NCBI RefSeq assembly: GCF_009914755.1 | Contig: NC_060931.1 | Length of the DNA stretch: 64,000 bases | Origin: the human T2T-CHM13v2.0 reference genome, Homo sapiens | Strand: one strand, 5' to 3' | In this document: positions 55,440-64,000 of the stretch, in pieces | Layout of the letters: each line of letters opens with the position of its first letter | Position numbering within the stretch: the stretch's first letter is position 1 | Program-made: the position numbers and the translations under genes | Notes under the pieces: model-generated | What the model was told of the DNA's origin: nothing | Database searches by the model: none | What the model saw: only the letters and a program-made list of their open reading frames with translations

Positions 55440-56250
55440 ATCCTTCAATCAATATGTCTTTATGTAGCGTCCACAATAGGCCTAGCATGTTACCACATTC
55501 TAGTGATACAAAGGTAAATGAAACACAATATTTGCCCTTGAAAATTATACAGTCTGATTGGAAATAAATGTTATGTATGTATTTTGAATATAGAAAGAAA
55601 AATACAAATAGAGTTATGCCCAGGTATATTGAGTGATAGGAAACAATTGATTCCGGGCTTTAGAGAAGAGGTTTTGCAGAAAATAGGATATCAGAGCAGA
55701 ATCCTCTAGAAGCAGCAGCGATTAGCCAGGCAGAAAGAACAATATACTTAAAGACAGAGAAATGTACAACAGTCGGGGTGTTACAAGCCATGTAATAGGA
55801 CTGAGCAGAGGCTATGGACAAAGGGATAAGAGATGATGACAAAAAAAAAAAAATATGGGGCTAGAAGCCAGATCAGGTCTTAAGACTTAATCCTTTAGGG
55901 ATGGGTAACTATTTTTAAAATACAAGTGGGAGAATTTCATGGTTTCATTCATTTTCCAGACAGAATTCTGCTAACATTTAAGGAAAGACTGGAGGTGGAG
56001 CTGCTAATGAGAATGCCTTGCATGGGTACTAGAAGAGACATATTAAGAGTAGACGCAAAAGTCACAGCAGCAGAGATGAGGGATGAAGAGGAAAAGGCAA
56101 TTCCAGAGTTAAAATTGTAAAGAATTGATGACCTATTGGTGAACTAAAATGTGATCAAGATGACCCATGTAAATGTTAATTCCATTAATGGAACTCTGGA
56201 GGAGCAACAGAGTTGTGATAGTGTTAAGAAAAAATGAGTTGAATAAAAAT
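55440..56250 (-). mobile_element. L2 3' portion
   Basis: CATCCTTCAATCAATATG..GATACAAAGGTAAATGAAACAC..TGCCCTTGAA. Confidence 0.65.
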
Positions 56251-56252
56251 TA

Positions 56253-56690
56253 TGTTGCATTTCTCTATCTGTGAATCCCAGTTCTTGCTTATTTATCCTC
56301 AGTTCCATTGCCTTTTCTCCTACTACATTTCCTGGGCGCCCTTGCCATCTGGGTTTACCAAACTATCTCATAGGAATGAAGCAAGTAGGAGTACTCAAGG
56401 TATTTCTTCTCTCTTGCCCTGCCTGCATGTGGATAGTTCTATTTCTGGCAGTTGGCTGCATCTCATTTATAATTCTAGCTCCTCACCTTATTGGCCATCC
56501 CACTGTGGACTAAGCTCCCCCAGGACAGCTTCAACATTTGGATTATTGTTAAAACTTCTCTTTACCGTCTTCAATTCTAAAGTAGTAGTGGCTTCCTGCT
56601 GTTGCTATTCTCCGTTTGGCTTCCTTTTTCCATTGTCTTTGTTACCAAATGCCTAAAATGGTTCCTGTATCTTGGCTGAACTTTGGTGGA
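56253..56690 (+). mobile_element. ERVL solo LTR (LTR33/41/67 group)
   Basis: TACATTTCCTGGGCGCCCTTGCCA..GGTATTTCT..GTAGTGGCTTCCTGCTGTTGCTA..AAATGCCTAAAATGGTTCCTG. Confidence 0.6.
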
Positions 56691-57132
56691 TTCTCTGTAG
56701 AATATTCAAGCCATCATATACAGTGAGAATGAGTAAATGCCAGAGTGGTAATCCAGGGTGGAGTTGAAGTCGAATTTAAAGATTTGGGAGTCATCATGTG
56801 CATAGGAGAGATAATTACTCCGAAAGCACGTGCTGAGTAAAAAGAAGACCATGAATAGAGTTAAGCTAAAATGAGAGAGGTAAGGTTGAGGGATAGAGGA
56901 CTTTGTATGGCTCAGAATAACTTGAAATGTACTTGAGAAAAAGTAAAACCTAAAGAGACCACTTAAAATATAACTTTCATGAGTTAAGGTGGAAAATAAG
57001 GCATTTCACTGTATAACCAAAGACACAGAGATGAATACAAAAATACAGATCATAATAGAAGGGAGATGAGAAGTGGTAATAGAGGAAGGTTACTTCCAAC
57101 ACAAGAGTCCTGGCTAAGAGGAGCATAGACTT

Positions 57133-58570
57133 GTTTTTTAAAGACTTAATTTTTCTTAAAGAGCAATTTTAGATTCATAGCAAAACTAAGAGGAAGGTAC
57201 GGCGATTTTTCTCATATCCCTGCCCATATACATCCCTAGCTTCCACTCTTTTTAAAATTTCCCACCAGAGTGGTACATTTGTTGCAACTGATGAGCTTAC
57301 CATGAGACACCATAATCACCGAAAGTCCATAGTTTACATTAGGATCTCTCTTGCGCATTCTATGGGTTTGGACAAATGTATAATGACATGTTCTTCATTT
57401 TATAGAGTAGTTTTATTGCCTTAAAAATGCTTATTGTTCTACTTATTTATCCCTCCCTCCCCACAACCCTTTGCAAACACTAATCTTTTGTACTGTTCTG
57501 TAATTCTGCCTTTTTCAGAATGTTATATACACTTAGAATCATATAGTATATAGCTGTTCACTTAGTAATTTGCATTTAAGTTTCCTCTATGTCTTTTCAT
57601 GGCTTGATAGCTAATTTCTTTTTAGCACTGAATAATATTCCATTGTCTGGATATATCATCATTTATTTATCTAGTCACCCTAGAAGGACATTTTGGTGGC
57701 TTTCAAGTTTTGGCAATTATTAATGAAACTGCTATAAACATTCATATGCAGATTTTTGTGGAAATAATTTTTCATATCCTTTGGGTAAATACTAAGGCAC
57801 TTGATGATTGGATCATATAGAAAGAATATGATTCATTTCGTAGAAACCACCAAACTGTTTTTCAAAGTGACTACACCATTTTGCTTCCCACCAGCAATGA
57901 GTGAGAGTTCCAGTTTCTCCACATCCTTAATAGCGTTTGATGTTGTCAGTGTTCCAGACTTTGGCCATTTTAATAAGTGTGTAGTAATATCTCACTGATG
58001 TTTAATTTGCATTTCACTGATTACATATGAGGTAGAACATCTTTTCACATGCTTATTTAACATCTGTATATTTTCTTTGGTTAAGTGTCTGCTAAAGTCT
58101 TTGGCCCATTTTTAATTGAGTTATTCGTTTCCATATTGTTGAGTTTTAAGAATTCTTTGTAATTTGGATAAAAGTCCTTTATGAGATGTGTGTTTTGCAA
58201 ATATTTTCTCTCAGTCTGTGCCTTGTCTTCTCAATCACTGATAATTGTCTTTCACAGAAGTTTTTCTTATAATTTTAATGAAATTCAGTTTATCAATTTT
58301 TTTCATGGACTCTGCCTTTGGTGTTGTATCTGAAAAGTCATTACCATATTCAAGGTCATCTAAGTATTCTCTTATCTTCTAAGATTTTGCTACTACTGCA
58401 TTGGATATTTAGGTCTACAATTAATTTCAAGTTAATTTGTGTGAAGAATGTAAGGTCTATGTCTAGATGTCTAGATTCTGTTTTTTTTTTAAATGTGGAT
58501 GTTCACTTGTTCCACATTTTTTTAATGTGGATGTTCATTTGTTGAAAGACTATCTTTGCTCCAATGTATA
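57133..58570 (-). mobile_element. L1MC1-like 3' UTR and ORF2 end
   Basis: AGAGCAATTTTAGATTCATAGCAAAA, CACCAGAGTGGTACATTTGTT, CATTCTATGGGTTTGGACAAATG, CCCACCAGCAATGA; internal ~33 bp tandem duplication at ~58484-58543. Confidence 0.9.
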
Positions 58571-59369
58571 CTTCTTACATTTAAAAACTGATTTTGTGTT
58601 TCCTGATAGTGGAGCACAACTTTTTTCAACCTCATTTGCTGCATACTGTTTGTGAAAACTAATTATAAACCTCTAAATATGTATAAATTATTAAAATATA
58701 AATGTAATTAACTCATATAAATATCCCTAATCATATTTTCATTTTAATATATCGTAAAACTAATTTAAGCTTCTGTTTACTCCTTTGAGAGCGCTCTTTA
58801 TAAATATACTAGCCGAGCAGCGAAAATACGGTTCCTTAGCATATGCATGTAAAAACAATTAGCATGGATTCCTTAACCTATGTCTAATTTTAACTGAGGT
58901 ATCTGCCAAAACAATCAAATCAGCTGTCCCAGTCAAACATCATTAGCACTAATTAAGGTAGCTTCAGCGAAGAATCCTGCTGCATTCTTGAGGTGCTCCC
59001 CATTGGATTTACAGCTGATTTCAAATTGCACGAAAAGAGATACGGGAACAAAACAATTGAGATTTGAAGTCAGACCGGCGTGGATTGAATCCCAATTTTT
59101 AATCCTAATTAACACCTCTGCGTCTCCATTTCATCATCAACATATGTCCATGTAACTAGACCTTCTTCTTCTGGCTCTGATGTAACCAAGAACCCTCCTA
59201 GGGTCAGTCTTTCACTGACAATAATGTGAATTTTGTGGATGCTTTTGTGGAAAAATACAGAGGCAGCAGCTATGGTACACATTCTTCAAAGCAAAATGCC
59301 CCTTCTGTCACTGCCCCCTATGCTTGCCTCTTGCCACTTTTTTCTATAGTCAGACTTCACAGACTTTCT

Positions 59370-59616
59370 TTTTTCTTTCCTTTTCATTTTTTTTTTTTTA
59401 AGATGGCATCTCTCTCTGTCACCCAGGCTGGAGTGCAGTGGAGGATCTCGGCTCACTGCAATGTCCATCTCCTGGGTTCAAGCGATTCTCCTGCCCCAGC
59501 CTCCTGAGTAGCTGGGATTACAGGCGTGTGCCACAATGCCCAGCTAATTTTGTGTATCTTCAGTAGAGATGGGGTTTCACCATGTTGGCTAGGCTGGTCT
59601 CGAACTCCTAACCTCG
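59370..59616 (-). mobile_element. 5'-truncated AluS with TSD
   Basis: Stops at CTCCTAACCTCG; 17 bp TSD GACTTCACAGAC(T/C)TTCT at 59353-59369 and 59617-59633. Confidence 0.95.
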
Positions 59617-61039
59617 GACTTCACAGACCTTCTATGTGGAATAGTAGCTCTAGCTCTGCCCCTCATCCCAATTTCTTCTCACTTCTTCCCTTTAACTCTC
59701 CCCATCATTTTACCTATAATGAGAAATTGCCCTTCTCCTCAATTTCTCCAATTTTCCACTTTCCATTCTTCCTCTTTAGAAATGGAAGAGAAGGTAAATT
59801 TTCCTTCTTAACTATAATGTGGGAAAATGCTGACTACCTCAAAGCTGAGGTGAAATTAAAGGCAATACTTCAGAATCTAGCAGATTCTGTTGCATATTTA
59901 AGCACTAAATCAGTGTTAGTAAACTGTTAGTTCTTTGCTTCCTTGCATGGATGCAAATTTTAAATTCCTCAGGGAAGATCAAGACATAAAACAGCTCCAT
60001 GAAGACACTTGGAGAAAGAAATCCTCACCACTGTTTGTCTTAGAGGTAAAGATAGAACATTTTTTCAAATTCTAAGGACAGTCCTTCTAGGTGTTTTAAT
60101 CCAAACATTGTCAGAATTCTTCATGACTAAATGTTATCATTTCTGACCTGGCATGTCAATCTATAAAATAACCAAGCCCATACAGATAAGGAATGGCATC
60201 TTGCCAAAGGGAATATTACATTAAAAAAAATTGTTCTTCATCAAAATGAGTAATGAAAACTAAAAATAATCTATTGCAGTTCTTAGAAAACAAAATTCAA
60301 TTTAGATTTTAGCCTTGCCTTTTACTTCACATTGGGGTTTACCTTGGAGACTTTGAAATCCTGTCAGATTTTGACAGGATTATACACTTAAGGTTTAACT
60401 GGGTCCGTAATTTCTTGTATATTTTAAAGCTTAAAGGTTTTCTTTTATTTTTTCCTGACACATTGTATTACAACTTTACAATCGATATACACTCCTCCAA
60501 TTAAGAAACATTCTTTGTATTTTTACAAAAGTGTTTAAACTCATGTGCTATCATGGTATTTTTTATTAATGCTCATTCTTGAAAAAATAAAATAATTCAT
60601 ATCAAACAATTACATGCTTTACTTTTAAAATGAAATATAATCAATCATACTTCAACAAAAGCTTTTCTGTCAGTTTATTCTCACTGAACTATGTGAAAAT
60701 AGACCATTAATAGGGAAGAATATATTATACATAATTACTATGCATGGGCACTTCTCTATTCTATACTTAAGTTACTAATGTTTTTCAACAGTTATATACA
60801 CAATATATATTCATATATTTAAATTAATTTTGTTTATATTTACATATATTTACACATATCCAGTCAGTATTGATGGGTTATGACACAGTAATAAACAAAC
60901 AAGAGATGACTCGCTAATGCTCATGCTATACCAGATCTAGTTTATGATCTGGAAGACAATTTAAATAATGTTTTATAACCCACGATTTTTTTATTACACT
61001 CTCTCCTGACTTCTCCAACCTCTCTATTTTAAAATTTTT

Positions 61040-61380
61040 ATTTAGCAGTTTTTTCTATCAACATGTTAAATATTGAGACCCAGAGTTGCATCTTGGGTGT
61101 CTTGGCTCTAGATGCTCTTCCCTGAGTGGTCTTATTCACATGTATGGATTCCATTGCCACCTGTATGAAAAACCTTTCTAAACCTAACTGCAGCCCACCA
61201 TTCTCACCTAACACCCAGGCCCACAGAGCCATATACTCACTGGAGATCTTTAACTACGTAGCCTACAGATACCTCAGATAAAGTGCCCTCTCCACTCTCC
61301 TGTTTCTTCTACCTTGTAGCTTCCTGTAATCTGCATTTTATGTGCTCAAACGATATTGAATAAATGAGTAAAATGAAAAG
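61040..61380 (+). mobile_element. L2 fragment
   Basis: TCCCTGAGTGGTCTTATTCACA..ATGGATTCCATTGCCACCTGTATG; terminal ATATTGAATAAATGAG. Confidence 0.65.
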
Positions 61381-61539
61381 AGTAAACACATAATTAATGA
61401 GTTAATTCTGTAGAAAATACCTTTGCCTTCTGGCTCAGAAAAATTTCCCAACCATCTCTGAAAAATTATTTTCCTGTTTTCTCTAATTATGGAAATCCTG
61501 ACAAAGACTTAAGTACGAACTTTTGTTAACATTATATTT

Positions 61540-62155
61540 TACTTTAAATTAACAAATAATTGGCCAGGTGTGATGGCTCATGCCTGTAATCCCAGCACTT
61601 TAGGAGGCCGAGGAGGGCAGATCGCGACATCAGGCGTTTGAGATCAGCCTGACCAACATGGTGAAAGTCCGTCTCTACTAAAAATACAAAAACACCCGGG
61701 CATGGTGGCGTGTACCTGTAATCTGAGCTACTCAGGAGGTTGAGGCAGAAGAATCGCTTGAACCCAGGAGGGGGAGGTTGCAGTGAGCCGAGATAGTACC
61801 ACTACACTCCAGCCTGGGTGACAGACCGAGACTTTGTCTTAAAAAAAAGAAAATTAACAAATAATAACTATATATTTATGGGGTAAAATGTGATGTTTTG
61901 GTACACATATACACTGTGGAATGATCACATCAGGCTAATTAGCATATCCATCACCGCATATATGTATCATTTCTTTGTATTGAGAACACTTAAAATCCAT
62001 TCTTTTAGCAATTTCAAAATACATAATACATTTTTATTAACTATAGTCACCATGCTGTGCAATAGGTCACCAGAACTCATTCCTCCTATTATCAGAGGCT
62101 GGTGGGGGTTGACAAAATGTGATGGGAAAGGGGAGATGCTGGTCAAAGAGTAAAT
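61540..62155 (-). mobile_element. L1MA 3' end with inverted 5' segment, split by an Alu
   Basis: Antisense L1MA terminus up to 62090 (TATAGTCACCATGCTGTGCAATAG..GAACTCATTCCTCCT), then sense ATCAGAGGCTGG..GGAGATGCTGGTCAAAGAGTA. Confidence 0.8.
61562..61851 (+). mobile_element. AluS with TSD
   Basis: Full dimer; AAATTAACAAATAAT on both flanks. Confidence 0.95.
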
Positions 62156-64000
62156 AGTCTAATCACTTTGAAAAAGATTGTCTTTAGTTACCATGATCCA
62201 CCCTACTCCAATTTACTATCCACAGAATCAATCTCGTACAGTTTATCACTTACTTATGAAGCTGTTGCTGTTCTCTGGTATGGGGATGCTAATACGCCTA
62301 GATACTTGGTATGCTATGATCACCTGGAATTTAGACTGACTGAGAAGAATTAGGCCTTCTGTTTCTTATAAAACATACGTAACACAATGCTGAGAAAATA
62401 TATTAGGAACACGCAGCTCACTCATCTATCAAATCATTAATAAGCATTTGTGAGCTTTTTCTAAGTGCCTAGCACTGTTTATATTTTACAAAAATGTTAA
62501 CATATTTATTAGGCAGATTGCTATATATGGGGAGGTGTGGTGATGGATGGCATCATGCAGACATTAGTGGATTATAATTAAAATGAATTTTCAATTTTAC
62601 CCATTTAGTTTTCATACTTTTATTTTAAATAACCTTTAGAAGTTTGAAATACAAGTATTCTCTGAAGTTTTTTGCTAAAGCTTCTATGATTTATACGGCA
62701 CTTTGCCCTAAATACAGCGATCTTCAAGACAGAACCGGGATTCTCAGGAACATTAACCTCTACAAGTTCTTTGTGAAGCAAAGGGCAAAGTGGTGATTCA
62801 CTAGATCTAAAAATAAATATGAATTTTTCAAAGATGAAGGATCAAGCATCATAAGTCATCTCTAGGGTTTAATAAGAACCTGTCATATATTAATCTGTTC
62901 ATATTTCTCATTGCGTAAATATGCAACTTATAAATGACACCAATTTCTCCAATGAAATGTTATTTCTAAATAAGAGCGGCAGAACAGGAATAACAAACAT
63001 ACGCTATACCTGCTACCACTAGCAACAATCACAAATAAATGATTAAAACATTTTGCTGATGATTCCAGAGGCAGCAGACTCAGGATCTCCGCAGAGCACA
63101 CTATAGGCAAATACTACCGGTTGACTGATGTTGGCATATGTGATGAAAACTATTTGTCAACACCTGCTCTAGAATTGCAGAATTTACAGAAAGTAACTTC
63201 ACAGCTAAGTTTCTGCCTTATGTTATATGCACTCTCTATGCTTAACGTAGGTCCTATTTAAGGTAGATACTGGATACATTTTGGTTAAACGAATAATGTA
63301 GTATTTTGGTGAATGTTTATAAAGCACAGTGACACCATTATACTCACTGTTTAAAGAAACTAAGTTGTTGCAAAAATTCTGAAATCAAAGCTTGTTTCAC
63401 AGACATTAGATACTGTGCGGCCTCAAGGTTTCTTTACTCAAGGACACTCTTGTAGCTTCACTCTTGGATTCTGGGAAAGGGGACCTGCTTCCTAAAATTC
63501 TAAATTTGATTGTTTATGTAACATATATGTATATAATATAATTTATATTTATAATGTATATAATATATTTCATAAAGCTTTAATATTTTCCAATTTAAAA
63601 AGATTTTCCAATTTAAAAATCAGAGCCAATACAAAAGGAGCTAAGAATTCAACATTTTATTTGATAATCAAGAGAGTAAGAACACAAATATTTAATGATA
63701 ATCATAACACATTAAAATGTAATCCCTTGCCTCCGATGCCAAAGTGTAAGTTCTAAAAAGTAACCAGAAACGAAAATAATCTACAATAATTGACTTAGGT
63801 AATGGGAAATTCAAACTACCCTAAAATATTTTGTTATCAAAAGGCATCCTGGCTGAGAAATAGAATTTTCATGAATGTTCGTTAAACTTCTCAGGAATAA
63901 CTTTTTATCTTTGGGAAGTTCTTGTCTGGTAATAACTTTCTTGACATAAGGTCAATGGGGCTAGCACCCCTTTCTATTACACTTTCTGTGGTCTTGCATT

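Noticed and set aside
56252-56656. 134 aa ORF
   Set aside because: Lies within an ERVL-type LTR; low-complexity Ser/Leu composition

Overview
Human genomic DNA (it carries an AluYb8, a human-specific subfamily). The window is AT-rich, CpG-depleted and repeat-dense, and I can support no protein-coding exon, RNA gene or CpG island. The listed ORFs fall in repeats (Alu, LINE, LTR, DNA transposon) or are chance frames. Most of the window is ordinary interspersed repeats: about 12 Alus, L1M 3' ends, long L2 tracts, MIRs, MaLR/ERVL solo LTRs and hAT MITEs. The notable exception is a ~2.9 kb decayed Ty3/Gypsy LTR retroelement at ~18270-21150 (+). Manual frameshift-tolerant translation shows, in order: an LTR81-like LTR, a PNMA-type Gag capsid, a degenerate CCHC knuckle, an aspartic protease motif and integrase motifs, with no RT/RNase H. 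A ~244 bp integrase segment has also been copied ectopically behind the capsid, apparently long after insertion. Other items: a three-layer L1/AluJ/AluYb8 nest at one target site, a twin-primed inverted L1, and several CpG-retaining, motif-rich unique segments that are enhancer candidates. Repeat subfamily names come from recalled consensus sequences, not a database search, and boundaries of old repeats are approximate.
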